Source: Chrysomallon squamiferum
Lineage: Eukaryota > Animalia > Mollusca
Assembly: GCA_012295275.1 (NCBI GenBank)
Contig: CM022665.1
Coordinates: 40,362,001-40,426,000, forward strand
Length of the DNA stretch: 64,000 nt
Reading direction: 5' to 3'
In this document: one piece after another, positions 41,142 through 56,457 of the stretch
Position numbering within the stretch: position 1 is the first letter of the stretch
Layout of the letters: every line of letters begins with the position of its first letter
Notes under the pieces: model-generated
The model's database searches: none
What the model saw: the letters and a program-made list of their open reading frames with translations, nothing else
What the model was told of the DNA's origin: nothing
Position numbers and translations under genes: made by a program

Positions 41142-42219
41142 TTTGTACAGTAAGAAAGTAACTGTTGTCAGCGCCCCTTTCCAAAATAATAAGTTAATTC
41201 AATGTACCCAGCTCACGAGAAAATCAATATCCCAACACACGTACTGTATAGACCAAAGCCAATATTTCGTGACAGGCGGAAGGATGCGAGAGAGTTTCTG
41301 GGGATTTTCCACGGTTATGGCCCGCAGAGTCGACACCTCGATTTAAATGTTTAAAAAATTGCGTCTACTCAGCGGGACAAGCTCAAATGTACAACTGATG
41401 ATCTGTCGATGTCCCGGTACTTATTAACTGCTTGACGTAAGAAAAAGGAAACAAGGTCATAAAAACACATTTCCATAATTTTTCTAAAATTTTCCATAGC
41501 CCACAAATCTGTACACCTGCATTACCGTATTTTTCAGACAATAGCACCCTCCTTTTTTTTCTTTTCTTTTTTTCATATTTAAGGGTGCTGTTTATTGTAA
41601 GCCTTGTTTATTTCAGGGACATAATTTTCAACAGCCAAAAATCCCATCAAGAACAACAACAATAATTATGTGTAAAATAAAATATGTGGCTATCGTGTTT
41701 TTTCTACTATAGATTTTGTCTAGCAACGGACCTACGTGTGGAAATGAATGGCCTAATATTTCGAGCCACTAACATGCGCGATATCGATGCAGCAATACGG
41801 TAAAGAGCCAAACGCCTATGCACAGCGATCCGAGAGACGTGCGGTGTGACATAATCCCCGTGAAACGCACCATTTCATTACAGCGACCTCACACAAACGG
41901 TTTCTGATTTAAATGCTGACTGACGAAAGAAGCGAGCGAGCGAACGGCGAAACAAATATTCGCCCGAGCAGACGATTAAGATGTTTTACAAGGCTGACAG
42001 CTTTGTATGATGAGCGGTAAATTGAACAATGACGTTTAAACAAGTTAGCCTTACTAGTGATTCCTGATGTTACGGGAATGAAAACGTTTGACAAAAAGAA
42101 ACTTGCATTGCTATTGTGTGGAAAGGGAATTCCCCTATATTGGCCACACCTAATTATTGATTAACTGCGAGACATCATTTTAGGCGCGAAAACTTTTTTT
42201 CTTTTTTCTTTTCGATTTT

Positions 42220-42335
<116 letters not shown>

Positions 42336-43309
42336 CTTTTCTTTTCTTTTCTTTCATTTTTTTTTTTTTCTTTATATTACCTCTAATAGGAAAAAACCGC
42401 ATTGTTTTCACTAACAGTGATGATATGGGAATAATTAATTGACTGTTCAGTTCAAAAGCGTTTCTTTCTAGTCAGTTTGCAATGTATTGGTCATTCGTTT
42501 CAAATGAACTGTTACTAATTTGTTTCTGAAATAAACATACAAACACAATGAAATAAACTAGGCTAAGTATTCAAATAATTTATAAGAAAGACATTACAAA
42601 GAATGTTTAAGTAAAAAAATTGTACAAATCTTAAAATAGGTCTCATAATAATTTATTTTACATATTAGTCTGAAGGCATAAATTATTCAGGTGCTGTGGT
42701 TCAGACAAAAACAACAACAACAACAACAACAAAACAAACAAAAACCAGAATATGAGGAAGAAAAATAAACAATTAAATAGGCCGACAGTCAGATGGATAT
42801 ATAGACAGTAACGACAGTTACTACTACTACTACTAAAACAACAACAATAATTACTTCTGCTACTACATAGTTTATACCTTTAGTATATGCAAAGATATGT
42901 ATCTATTATAATCAACCATTTTAAAAATGCCAAAATAAATGACATTTTTATTTTATTTTTTAATTTTTTTTACTAATAATCAATCCTACATGTATACCGT
43001 TAGGCGAAATCAAAAACTTTTAAAAAAACAACACAAAATGTGATTGAGTTTGTTTGGAAATGGTTATGGAATTTTTGGGGATTAGTGGGCTATGGAAAGT
43101 TTTGGAAAAGTTATGGAAATTTTGACAACCCGATGTTTACGAACCCAGATTATCATCATCGTCATTTATGTTGCTTTTATTACTTTATATATATATATAC
43201 ATATATACTACATTATATTACATTACACACACACACACATACACACACACACGTACACACAAACACACACATATATACATATCTGTGTGTGTCTGTGTGT
43301 GTATGTGTT

Positions 43310-44174
43310 TGTTTGTGTTTATAACAGACAGTTTAAAACACCCAGTATATAGAGTCATATACAAACAGACTCGACTCATATAAGAATCGATTTTTTTTTT
43401 TTTTTTTTTGTGGCCTAATATGAAAGTTAATCAAAAAGGTTAGTGTAGGGAATTCCCTTTCCACACAATAGCGATACACCCAGTAAGAATCTAGTAAGAA
43501 AAAGAAAAGAAAAAAAGGTTATTGTGGAAAGAGAATTAAGAAATAAGGAAACTTTAGTTTTGTTAAAGTTACTATAGTAATTATTAAATACTTAAAAAGT
43601 ATGAAACAGTTTTTTTATGTTATGCATAGCTTTCTGAAAGCAATATATTTAGATATATATATATATATGTATTTGTGGGCTATGGAAAGTTTTAGAAAAG
43701 TTATGGAATTTTGACAACCCGATGTGTACGAACCCAGATTATCACTGTAGTGTATATATAACGTACTGTAGTGTACATATAAAGTACTGTAGTGTATATT
43801 TAAAGTACTGTAGTGTATATATAATCTACTATAGTGTATATATAAAGAACTGTAGTGTATATATAAAGTACTGTAGTGTATATATAATCTACTATAGTGT
43901 ATATATAAAGAACTGTAGTGTATATATAAAGTACTGTAGTGTATATATAATCTACTATAGTGTATATATAAAGTACTGTAGTGTATATATAAAGTAATGT
44001 AGTGTATATATAATCTACTATAGTGTATATATAAAGAACTGTAGTGTATATAAAAACTACTATAGTGTATATATAAAGTAATAATAGCAACATAAATGAC
44101 GATGATGATAATCTGGGTTCGTACACCTCAGGTTGTCAAAATTTCCATAACGATTCCAAAACTTTCCATAGCCC

Positions 44175-44205
<31 letters not shown>

Positions 44206-44420
44206 ATGCTTTCAGAAAGCGATGCATACTGGAAATGTATCGCTATTGTGTGGAAAGGGAATTCCCCTACATTGGCCACACCTAATTATAGATTAAATGT
44301 GAGACATCATTTTAGGCGCGAAAACAAAACAAAAAATCGATTTTTATATGAGTCGAGTCTGTTTGTATATGACTGTATATGCTGGGTGTTTTAAACTGTC
44401 TGTTATAAACACATAACTAA
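43310..44420. repeat. Foldback palindrome, unit 1 (inverted arms around a 21-bp minisatellite)
   Basis: Left arm TGTGTTTATAACAGACAGTTTAAAACACCCAG...GAACCCAGATTATCA is the reverse complement of the right arm at ~44105-44413. Confidence 0.85.
43744..44080. repeat. 21-bp minisatellite (AAGTACTGTAGTGTATATATA), ~16 copies
   Basis: Direct reading. Confidence 0.95.
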
Positions 44421-44670
44421 ATGTATATTTAAATATATTATAAATAACTAGCTTTATACACCATCAGTTTAAGTCATTTTAAGTTTCACTTGAGAATCCA
44501 GTACTGAATTTAGGTATATATATATATATAATAATAAACACTTTTTTTGTTGTTGTCGTTGTTTGTTTGCTTGAGTTTTTTGTTTGTTTGTTTGTTGTTG
44601 TTGTTTTATTGCTGGTTTTTTTGTTTAGTTTTTTGTTGTTAAAAACACATTTTTTAAATTTCTGTAGTAA

Positions 44671-44710
<40 letters not shown>

Positions 44711-45249
44711 GACTGGAAAGCATTTCATGATCATTCGAGATCGGGAAATATTCAGTTGGAGCCTTCGTCGTGAATGGTCATGAAACGAGTCATGCTTTAT
44801 TTGTTTGTTTGTTTTATTCATTTACTTATTTTTACTTTCATTCTACTTTATTTTTATTTTTATTTTTATTTTTATTTTTATTTTTATTTTTATTTTTTTA
44901 TTAAATTTATTTTCAACGTTAAATGTAAGTATTTGTCATACACGTACTATACATCTGTGTATGTCGTTATTACTGATACGTGTTTAATGGAAATGGACTG
45001 ATTAATATAAAGCCTGTCTTGACAACAGATGTGTCATAGCAATAAATAAGGAGAAATAATTCAGTTTTCATCTTACCTCACTCATGCTTTGCTTTTGGGT
45101 GGGGAATTCCCTGATAACAAGCAACCAATCGCAGTGATGCATATTTTCTGAATGTGCCGCGATCTCGGATCGATAATCAGTTTTATCAAACAGAATAAAG
45201 AAAAGTGCGGTAAATTCTGCCACGAAAAATTTGAATATTTTCTTAATGA

Positions 45250-45325
<76 letters not shown>

Positions 45326-45886
45326 CTGTTTGTAATCATCCCTCTCTCTCTCTATTTCTCTTTTTATTTTTTATCATTCGTTATCTCTTCCTTATTTTTC
45401 CTATTATCTCTTATTTTTGTTTCTCTCGTTCGCTCTCTCTAAATGTCTCATTCTATCTCTCTCTCTCTCTGCATCATTTCATTACCGTCAACAGATAATG
45501 ATCTATGTTGCAAGTAACAAAATATTTCAATTTTCGCTGATTCACACAGGAGTCGTTATATCTGTACGCACATGTGCAAACAATGTCTTAAGAAGTTCTT
45601 TAATCCTTTGTTTCAGCATCCACTTTCCACAAACGATCAAGAGTTTATCCCTACATATTTAGTCCAATACGTTTTGTATGCAGTGTCTATATTATACAAA
45701 GTAAAACAAATTATGATAATAAAAAAACTGAAATTACTTATAGCTGTTTAAGTGAACATGTTTCAACACGTTCTCTTGATGATTAACCGCGGTGTCTGAG
45801 GTAACAAATTACATACCCTAGTTAAAAAAAAAAGCGTTTGCTTTTCACTAGAGGTATCATTATTAGCTTTATAAGAAACGCGCTTT

Positions 45887-45918
<32 letters not shown>

Positions 45919-47209
45919 CTCTTGTTTTACCGCTTTCTTGGTCATTCGTCAACAGTAATAAAAAGATTTAATTATTTAATCTATTTTCTTAGCGTGCAGA
46001 CACTAGTGTATCCGTTTACACTTATTTTTGATTTTGTTTAATTTTTATTATCAAATTAAACAACTAATCCATCATTTTATTTTATTTATTTATTTATTAT
46101 TTTTTTTTAATTCTTTCTGGTTTCATAGTTTATTTTTGAAATAAAAAAAAGTATTCTTCTTATTATTATTATAATTAAGCAGCAATTTGAGTATATTCAT
46201 AGATATACTGAGTGTGAATTTTACGCTTAGTAACGTAAAATGAAAAACAAAGCCAAAGTACACTCTGACTGTACCCTTCAGTTACAATTACATTCTGTAT
46301 CTTCAATACGATATTTGTAAAAATCTATGATATTAATGAACAAAATTAAATAATAAAATAAATGAATCAAATACTAAGAAAACAACAAAATATAATTTAT
46401 TACCGATAACAAAACTTTTTAAAGCAAAAGAAAAATAATTACTACTACTACTACAACTACTGACATTTTATTATTGCTACTACTACTACTACTACTACAA
46501 CCACTGCTACTACTAAAAGCAACATACAACGGTCACAAACTAAGAAAAAAAAAATAGAAAATTTTACTTATTTTCGAATCAGTACAAAAACAGAAACGAA
46601 AATTGACACCAAAAGTAAAATGACTCAAAAGCTAACAAAGACCGACTTATTATTTCGTTTATAAATTTAAAAAAAAAAAAAAAAAAAAATTTACCTAGCC
46701 TTGTTTAGGTGGCAGAGCAATCGCAGGTGTAACAAAACATGAGTCATGGGGGGGGGTAGAGATGCAACGCCCATCGGCATCAAGACAATAGGTCAGTCCT
46801 CCATTAAAGTGACTCATCATTCTAATAATATTAGTTATATCTCTATTTATCTTTTAACTCTTTAATTTTGTTCTATTTATTACCGTTTGTAACCTTGAAG
46901 CGTTACTATGTATGTACATTGATTTTACAACAGTTTAAACTATTTCACATCAGATGTATATGTGAATGATTAACAAATTAAATTAACAACCAAAAATGTT
47001 GAGAACGTAGCAGAAGATGTTTAACAAGTAGTAGCAGTAGTAGTGGACGTCCTCCTAAGTTTCTTTCAGCATAAAGTATGACGAACATATCAGTTTCTTT
47101 AAAAATCAAAATTCAAATGTTGTAAATAGTATAAAAGTGGAAAAATTTAATATATATGCATAACTCCACGTAATGACTATGTGTAAATGTAAGTCGGCAA
47201 AATGATGAC

Positions 47210-47716
47210 TTATCCTAGCGTGTTCTCTGGTAGTTCTGTGGTTCCTTTCCCTGGAGAATGTCCTTTAGAATCACTCCCTTTAAGCACTTTTCTGATTCTC
47301 CACCTTTTCTTAAAACGATCAATCCAGCTACGATTAAGTCTTTCACGATCCGTGTGACCAAGTATCCCAGCGAAGACTCGTGCTTCGTGAAGTAGCATTT
47401 CATCATCGATACAACTTTCAGGTCTAGCAGCTATTCGTCGAAACCATTTCATTAGCTCAGAGTCGACGTCTTCAAACGTCACGTGCTTGATGCGTTTCAT
47501 ATTGGCTTTTCTTGAATCGGGATGCTCACCCTTCTCGATGACCTCGATCACTTTAGATTTATTTTTTAAAATGTCATTTAATGTTGTGCGGGGAATATTA
47601 AATTTCTTCGCCGTCAGACTCTTTTTATCGCCAGGATTGGCTTCACAGTATTTAATTATTTCATACTTCTCACTGTACGTCTTGGTGATTAGGCGTCTTT
47701 TACCGCAAGTCAACAT
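47210..47716 (-). CDS. pogo/Tigger-derived CENP-B-type DNA-binding protein, copy 2 (168 aa)
   Basis: Intact ORF with both HTH domains, ending ELPENTLG-stop; ATTAAA about 55 nt downstream on the minus strand. Confidence 0.82.
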   Translation of the reverse strand: MLTCGKRRLITKTYSEKYEIIKYCEANPGDKKSLTAKKFNIPRTTLNDILKNKSKVIEVIEKGEHPDSRKANMKRIKHVTFEDVDSELMKWFRRIAARPESCIDDEMLLHEARVFAGILGHTDRERLNRSWIDRFKKRWRIRKVLKGSDSKGHSPGKGTTELPENTLG

Positions 47717-49834
47717 TTTGTACAGTAAGTAAAGTAACTGTTGTCAGCGTCCCTTTCCAAAATAATAAGTTAATTCAATGTACCCAGCTCACGAGAAAAT
47801 CAATATCCCAACACACGTACTGTATAGACCAAAGCCAATATTTCGTGACAGGCGGAAGGATGCGAGAGAGTTTCTGGGGATTTTCCACGGTTATGGCCCG
47901 CAGAGTCGACACCTGGATTTAAATGTTTAAAAAATTGCATATACTCAGCGGGACAAGCTGAAATGTACAACTGATGATCTGTCGATGTCCCGGTACTTAT
48001 TAACTGCTTGACGTATTCAAAAGGAAACAAGGTCATAAAAACACATTTCCATAATTTTTCTAAAATTTTCCATAGCCCAGAAATCTGTAAACCTGCATTA
48101 CTGTATTTATCACACAATAGCAGCCTACTTTTTTTTTCTTTTCTTTTTTTCATATCTAAGGGTGCTGTTTATTGTAAGCCTTATTCATTTCAGGGACATA
48201 ATTTTCAACAGCCAAAAATCCCATCAAGAACTACAACAATAATTATGTGTAAAATAAAATATGTGGCTATCATGTTTTTGTTACTATACATTTTGTCTAG
48301 CAACGGACCTACGTGTGGAAATGAATGGCCTAATATTTCGAGCCACTAACATGCGCGATATCGATGCAGCAATACGGTAAAGAGCCAAACGCCTACGCAC
48401 AGCGATCCGAGAGACGTGAGGTGTGACATAATCCCCGTGAAGCGCACCATTTCATTACAGCGACCTCACACAAACGGTTTCTGATTTAAACGCTGACTGA
48501 CGAAAGAAGCGAGCGAGCGGACGGCGAAACAAATTTCGCACGAGCATGCGATTAAGATGTTTTACAAGGCTGACAGCTTTGTATGAACCTAAGCGGTAAT
48601 TTGAACAATGACGTTTAAACAACTTCGCCTTACTAGTGATTCCTGATGTTACGGGAATGAAAACGTTTGACAAAAAGAAACTTGCAGTGCTATTGTGTGG
48701 AAAGGGAATTCCCCTATATTGGCCACACCTAATTATTGATTAACTGCGAGACATCATTTTAGGCGCGAAAACTTTTTTTCTTTTTTCTTTTCGATTTTTC
48801 TTCTTTTTTCTTTTTTTTTTTTTTTTTTCTTCTTTTTTTTCTTTTTTTTTCGTTTTCTTTTCTTTTCTTTCATTTTTTTTTTCTTTATATTACCTCTAAT
48901 AGGAAGAAAACGCATTGTTTTCACTAACAGTGATTATATGGGAATAATTAATTGACTGTTCAGTTCAAAAGCGTTTCTTTCTAGTCAGTTTGCAATGTAT
49001 TGGTCATTCGTTTCAAATGAACTGTTACTAATTTGTTTCTGAAATAAACATACAAACACAATGAAATAAACTAGGCTAAGTATTCAAATAATTTATAAGA
49101 AAGACATTACAAAGAATGTTTAAGTAAAAAAATTGTACAAATCTTAAAATAGGTCTCATAATAATTTATTTTACATATTAGTCTGAAGGCATAAATTATT
49201 CAGGTGCTGTGGTTCAGACAAAAACAACAACAACAACAACAACAAAACAAACAAAAACCAGAATATGAGGAAGAAAAATAAACAATTAAATAGGCCGACA
49301 GTCAGATGGATATATAGACAGTAACGACAGTTACTACTACTACTACTAAAACAACAACAATAATTACTTCTGCTACTACATAGTTTATACCTTTAGTATA
49401 TGCAAAGATATGTATCTATTATAATCAACCATTTTAAAAATGCCAAAATAAATGACATTTTTATTTTATTTTTTAATTTTTTTTACTAATAAACAATCCT
49501 ACATGTATACCGTGCAGGCGAAATCCAAAAAAACTGCTTAAAAAACAACAACACAACACTCTGATGTGATTGAGTTTGCTTGGAAATGGTTATGGAATTT
49601 TTTTGGGATTAGTGGGCTATGGAAAGTTTTGGAAAAGTTATGGAAATTTTGACAACCCGATGTTTACGAACCCAGATTATCATCATCGTCATTTATGTTG
49701 CTTTTATTACTTTATATATATATATACATATATACTACATTATATTACATTACACACACACACACATACACACACACACGTACACACAAACACACACATA
49801 TATACATATCTGTGTGTGTCTGTGTGTGTATGTG

Positions 49835-50951
49835 TTTAGTTATGTGTTTATAACAGACAGTTTAAAACACCCAGTATATAGAGTCATATACAAACAGACT
49901 CGACTCATATAAAAATCGATTTTTTTGTTTTGTTTTCGCGCCTAATATGATGTCTCGCAGTTAATCAATAATTAGGTGTGGCCAATGTAGGGGAATTCCC
50001 TTTCCACACAATAGCAATACATTTCCAGTAAGAATCTAGTAAGAAAACAAAAAAGAAAAAAAGGTTATTGTGGAAAGAGAATTAAGGAATAAGGAAACTT
50101 TAGTTTTATTAAAGTTACTATAGTAATTATTAAATACTTAAAAAGTATGAAACAGTTTTTTTATGTTATGCATAGCTTTCTGAAAGCAATATATTTAGAT
50201 ATATATATATATATGTATATTTGTGGGATATGGAAAGTTTTAGAAAAGTTATGGAATTTTGACAACCCGATGTGTACGAACCCAGATTATCACTGTAGTG
50301 TATATATAACGTACTGTAGTGTACATATAAAGTACTGTAGTGTATATTTAAAGTACTGTAGTGTATATATAATCTACTATAGTGTATATATAAAGAACTG
50401 TAGTGTATATATAAAGTACTGTAGTGTATATATAATCTACTATAGTGTATATATAAAGAACTGTAGTGTATATATAAAGTACTGTAGTGTATATATAATC
50501 TACTATAGTGTATATATAAAGTACTGTAGTGTATATATAAAGTACAGTAGTATATATATAAAGTACTGTAGTGTATATATAAAGTACTGTAGTGTATATA
50601 TAAACTACTATAGTGTATATATAAAGTAATAATAGCAACATAAATGACGATGATGATAATCTGGGTTCGTACACCTCAGGTTGTCAAAATTTCCATAACG
50701 ATTCCAAAACTTTCCATAGCCCACAAATATATATATATATATATATAATGCTTTCAGAAAGCGATGCATACTGGAAATGTATCGCTATTGTGTGGAAAGG
50801 GAATTCCCCTACATTGGCCACACCTAATTATAGATTAAATTTTAGGCGCGAAAACAAAACAAAAAATCGATTTTTATATGAGTCGAGTCTGTTTGTATAT
50901 GACTGTATATGCTGGGTGTTTTAAACTGTCTGTTATAAACACATAACTAAA
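49835..50951. repeat. Foldback palindrome, unit 2
   Basis: 49835-50292 is the reverse complement of 50654-50951 apart from a ~140-bp insert in the left arm. Confidence 0.88.
50291..50628. repeat. 21-bp minisatellite, ~16 copies
   Basis: Direct reading. Confidence 0.95.
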
Positions 50952-51721
50952 TGTATATTTAAATATATTATAAATAACTAGCTTTATACACCATCAGTTT
51001 AAGTCATTTTAAGTTTCACTTGAGAATCCAGTACTGAATTTAGGTGTGTATATATATATAATAATAAACACTTTTTTTGTTGTTGTCGTTGTTTGTTTGC
51101 TTGAGTTTTTTGTTTGTTTGTTTGTTGTTGTTGTTTTATTGCTGGTTTTTTTGTTTAGTTTTTTGTTGTTAAAAACACGTTTTTTAAATTTCTGTAGTAA
51201 TCTTCTTTTTATTTTTTATAGAGTGGAAAGCATTTCATGATCATTCGAGATCGGGAAATATTCAGTTGGAGCCTTCGTCGTGAATGGTCATGAAACGAGT
51301 CATGCTTTATTTGTTTGTTTGTTTTATTCATTTACTTATTTTTACTTTCATTCTACTTTATTTTTATTTTTATTTTTATTTTTATTTTTATTTTTATTTT
51401 TATTTTTATTTTTTTATTAAATTTATTTTCAACGTTAAATGTAAGTATTTGTCATACACGTACTATACATCTGTGTATGTCGTTATTACTGATACGTGTT
51501 TAATGGAAATGGACTGATTAATATAAAGCCTGTCTTGACAACAGATGTGTCATAGCAATAAATACGGAGAAATAATTCAGTTTTCATCTTACCTCACTCA
51601 TGCTTTGCTTTTGGGTGGGGAATTCCCTGATAACAAACAACCAATCGCAGTGATGCATATTTTCTGAATGTGCCGCGATCTCGGATCGATAATCAGTTTT
51701 ATCAAACAGAATAAAGAATGA

Positions 51722-51805
<84 letters not shown>

Positions 51806-52318
51806 CTCTCTCTCTCTCTCTCTCTCTGTTTGTAGTCATCCCTCTCTATCTCTATTTCTCTCTTTATTTTTTATCATTCGTTATCTCTTCCTTATTTTTC
51901 CTATTATCTCTTATTTTTGTTTCTCTCGTTCGCTCTCTCTAAATGTCTCATTCTATCTCTCTCTCTCTCTGCATCATTTCATTACCGTCAACAGATAATG
52001 ATCTATGTTGCAAGTAACAAAATATTTCAGTTTTCGCTGATTCACACAGGAGTCGTTATATCTGTACGCACATGTGCAAACAATGTCTTAAGAAGTTCTT
52101 TAATCCTTTGTTTCAGCATCCACTTTCCACAAACGATCAAGAGTTTATCCATCCATATTTAGTCTAATACGTTTTGTATGCAGTGTCTATATTATACAAA
52201 GTAAAACAAATTATGATAATAAAAAAACTGAAATTACTTATAGCTGTTTAAGTTAACATATTTCAACACGTTCTCTTGATGATTAACCGCGGTTTTTGAG
52301 ATAACAAATTACATAAAC

Positions 52319-52355
<37 letters not shown>

Positions 52356-53785
52356 AGCTTCGCGTGTGCTTTTCACTAGAGGTATCATTATCAGCTTTAT
52401 AAGAAACGCGCTTTTATCTTCTTTTTTTTTTTTTTTTTTCTTTTTTTTTCTCTTTTTTCTTTTCTCTCTTGTTTTACCGCTTTCTTGGTCATTCGTGAAC
52501 GGTAATAAAAAGATTTAATTATTTAATCTATTTTGTTAGCGAGCAGACACTAGTGTATCCATTTACACTTATTTTTGATTTTGTTTAATTTTTATTATCA
52601 AATTAAACATCTAATCCATCATTTTATTCTGCTTCTTTTTTTTAAATTTATTATTATTATAATTAAGCAGCAACTTGAGTAGTTTCCCAGATATACAGAC
52701 TGTGAATTTTACGCTTAGTAACGTAAAATGAAAAACACTCTGAGTGTACCCTTCAGTTACAACTACATTCTGTATCTTGAATAAGATATTTGTAAAAATC
52801 TACGATATTAATGAAAAAAATAAAATAATAAAATAAATGAATCAAAAACTAAGAAAACAACAAAATATAATTTATTACCGATAACAAAACTTTTTAAAGC
52901 AAAACAAAAATAATTACTACTACTACTACAACTACTGCCATTTTATTATTGCTACTGCTACTACTACTACAACCACTGCTACTACTAAAAGCAGCATACA
53001 ACAGTCACAAACTAGGAAAACAAAAATAGAAAATTTTACTTATTTTCGAATCAGTACAAAAACAGAAACGAAAATTGACACCAAAAGTAAAATGACTCAA
53101 AAGCTAACAAAGACCGACTTATTATTTCGTTTATAAATTTTAACAAATGAAAAAAAAAATAAAAAGAATTTACCTAGCCTTGTTTACGTAGCAGAGCAAT
53201 CGCAGGTGTAACAAAACATGAGTCATGGGGGGGGGAGAGAGATGCAACGCCCATCGGCATCAAGACAATAGGTCAGTCCTCCATTAAAGTGACTCATCAT
53301 TCTAATAATATTAGTTATATCTCTATTTATCTTTTAACTCTTTAATTTTGTTCTGTTTATTACCGTTTGTAACCTTGAAGCCTTACTATGTATGTACATT
53401 GATTTTACAACAATTTAAACCATTTCACATCAGATATATATGTGAATGATTAACAAATTAAATTAACAACCAAAAATGTTGAGAACGTAGCAGAAGAAGT
53501 TTAACAAGTAGTAGCAGTAGTAGTGGACCTCCTCCTAAGTTTCTTTGAGCATAAAGTATGACGAACATTTACATATCAGTTTCTTTAAAAATCAAAATCC
53601 AAATGTTTTAAATAGTATAAAAGTGGAACAGTTTAATATACATGTATAACTCAACGTAATGACTACGTGTAAATGTAAGTCGGCAAAATGACGACTTATC
53701 CTAGCGTGTTCTCTGGTAGTTCTGTGGTTCCTATCTCTGGAGAATGTCTTTCAGGTTCACTCCCTTTAAGCACTTTTCTGATTCT

Positions 53786-54202
53786 CTACCTTTTCTTAAA
53801 ACGATCAATCCAGCTACGATTAAGTCTTTCACGATCCTTGTGACCAAGTATCCCAGCGAAGACTCGTGCTTGATAAAGTAGCATTTCATCATCAGAGGAT
53901 CTTTCAGGTCTAGCAGCTCTTTGTCGAAACCATTTAATTAGCTCAGAGTCGACGTCTTCAAATGTCACGTGCTTGATGCGTTTCATATTGGCTTTTTTTG
54001 AATCGGGATGCTCACCCTTCTCGATGACCTCGATCACTTTAGATTTATTTTTTAAAATGTCGTTTAATGTCGTGCGGGGAATCTTAAATTTCTCCGCCGT
54101 CAGACTCTTTTTCTCGCCAGGATTGGCTTCACAGTATTTAATTATTTCATACTTCTCACTGTACGTCTTGGTGATTAGGCGTCTTTTAGCGCTAGTCGCC
54201 AT
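53786..54202 (-). CDS. pogo/Tigger-derived CENP-B-type DNA-binding protein, copy 3 (138 aa, early stop; possibly a pseudogene)
   Basis: TGG>TAG change immediately after WIDRFKKR; both HTH domains remain complete. Confidence 0.7.
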   Translation of the reverse strand: MATSAKRRLITKTYSEKYEIIKYCEANPGEKKSLTAEKFKIPRTTLNDILKNKSKVIEVIEKGEHPDSKKANMKRIKHVTFEDVDSELIKWFRQRAARPERSSDDEMLLYQARVFAGILGHKDRERLNRSWIDRFKKR

Positions 54203-55388
54203 TTTGTACAGTAAGAAAGTAACTGTTGTCAGCGTCCCTTTCCAAAATAATAAGTTAAATCAGTATACCCAGTTCACGAGAAAATCAATATCCCAACACA
54301 CGTACAGTCTAGACCAAAGCCAATATTTCGTGATAGGCGGAAGGATGCGAGACAGTTTCTAGGGATTCCCGAAGTTAGGGCCCACAAAGTCGACACCTGC
54401 ATTTAAATGTTCTAAAAATTGCGTCTATTCAGCGGGACAAGCTGAAAATGTACAACTGATGATCTGTCGATGTCCCGGTACTTATTAACTGCTTGACGTA
54501 AGAAAAAGGAAAAAAGGTCATAGAAACACATTTCCATAATTTTTCTAAAATTTTCCATAGCCCACAAATCTGTACACCTGCATTACCGTATTTTTCAGAC
54601 AATAGCACCCTCCTTTTTTTTTTTTTTCATATCTAAGGGTGCGGTTTATTGTAAGCCTTGTTTATTTCAGGGACATAATTTTCAACAGCCAAGGTAACAA
54701 AACCTGATGTTCAAAAACTTTTAAACTCCTCGAAAACACTGCGAGGTATTTCCAAAACTTTCCAAGACGTGTACGAAACCTGGATACTAATTATAACAAC
54801 TACCGTAAAAATCCCAACAACAACAACAACAACAACAATAATAATTATGTGTAAAATAAAATATGTGGCTATCATGTTTTTGTTACTATACATTTTGTCT
54901 AGCAATGGACCAATATGCAGCAATACGGAAAAGAGCCAAACGCCTGCGCTCAGCGACCCGAGAGATGTGCGGGGTGACATAATCCACCTGACAGACTCCG
55001 TTTCATTACAGCGATAACACACAAACGGTTTCTGATTTAAACGCTGACTGACGAAAGAAGCGAGCGAAGGGACGGCGAAACAAATTTCGCCCGAGCATGC
55101 GATTAAGATGTTTTACAAGGCTGACAGCTTTGTATGAGCCTCAGCGGTAATTTGAACAATGACGTTTAAACAAGTTCGCCTTATTAGTGAATACATTTCC
55201 TGCGACTGTGTGTACGTTTGCAGGCAGGAAACAAGTGGCAGAGTCAATCGCTTGCGGCACTTGATGTTACTGGATGAAAACGTTTGACAAAAAGAAACTT
55301 GCATCGCGTTACGTTTGAAACTGATGATAAAAGCAATTATCTCAGGTTCATATACCGTCGTATTTTTCTTTTTCTTTTCTTTTTTTTT

Positions 55389-55469
<81 letters not shown>

Positions 55470-56457
55470 CATTTTTTTTTTTTTTTTTTTTTTTTATTAC
55501 CTCTAATAGGAAGAAAACGCATTGTTTTCACTAACAGTGATTATATGGGAATAATTAATTGACTGTTCAGTTCAAAAGCGTTTCTTTCTAGTCAGTTTGC
55601 AATGTATTGGTCATTCGTTTCAAATGAACTGTTACTAATTTGTTTCTGAAATAAACATCCAAACATAATTGTACAAATCTTAAAATAGGTCTCATAATAA
55701 TTTATTTTACATATTAGTCTGAAGGCATAAATTATTCAGGTGCTGTGGTTCAGACAAAAACAACAACAACAACAAAACAAACAAAAACCAGAATATGAGG
55801 AAGAAAAATAAACAATTAAACAGGCCGACAGTCAGATGGATATATAGACAGCAACAACAGTTACTACTGCTACTACTACAACAACACTTACTACTGCTAC
55901 TACTAAAACAACAGTTACTACTACTACAACAACACTTACTACTGCTACTACTAAAACAACACCAATAATTACTTCTGCTACTACATAGTTTATATCTGTA
56001 GTATATGCAAAGATATGTATCTGTTATAATCAACCATTTTAAAATGCCAAAAATAAATGACATTTTTATTTTATTTTTTTATTTTTTTTACTAATAAACA
56101 ATCCTACATGTATACCGTGCAGGCGAAATCCAAAAAACTGCTTAAAAAACAACAACACAACACTCTGATGTGATTGAGTTTGCTTGGAAATGGTTATGGA
56201 ATTTTTTTTTTGATTTGTGGGCTATGGAAAGTTTTGGAAAAGTTATGGAAATTTTGACAACCCGATGTTTACGAACCCAGATTATCATCATCGTCATTTA
56301 TGTTGCTTTTATTACTTTATATATATATACTTTATATATATATATATACATATATACTACATTACATTACACAGACACACACATACAGACACGCACACAC
56401 AAACACACACACACACAGACACACATATATACATATCTGTGTGTGTGTGTATGTGTG

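Noticed and set aside
41241-41248. Possible pogo TIR start (TA-CAGTAC on the minus strand) upstream of the HTH ORF
   Set aside because: No matching inverted terminus found downstream, and the motif is not conserved in copies 3 and 4.
40834-41346. Plus-strand ORFs antisense to the HTH genes (also 47487, 53973, 60443)
   Set aside because: Antisense shadows with inconsistent starts and ends across copies.
42995-43490. Locally degraded sequence in unit 1 relative to units 2 and 3
   Set aside because: Many small deletions concentrated in homopolymers and hairpin arms look like consensus sequencing error as much as real divergence, so they are not interpreted.
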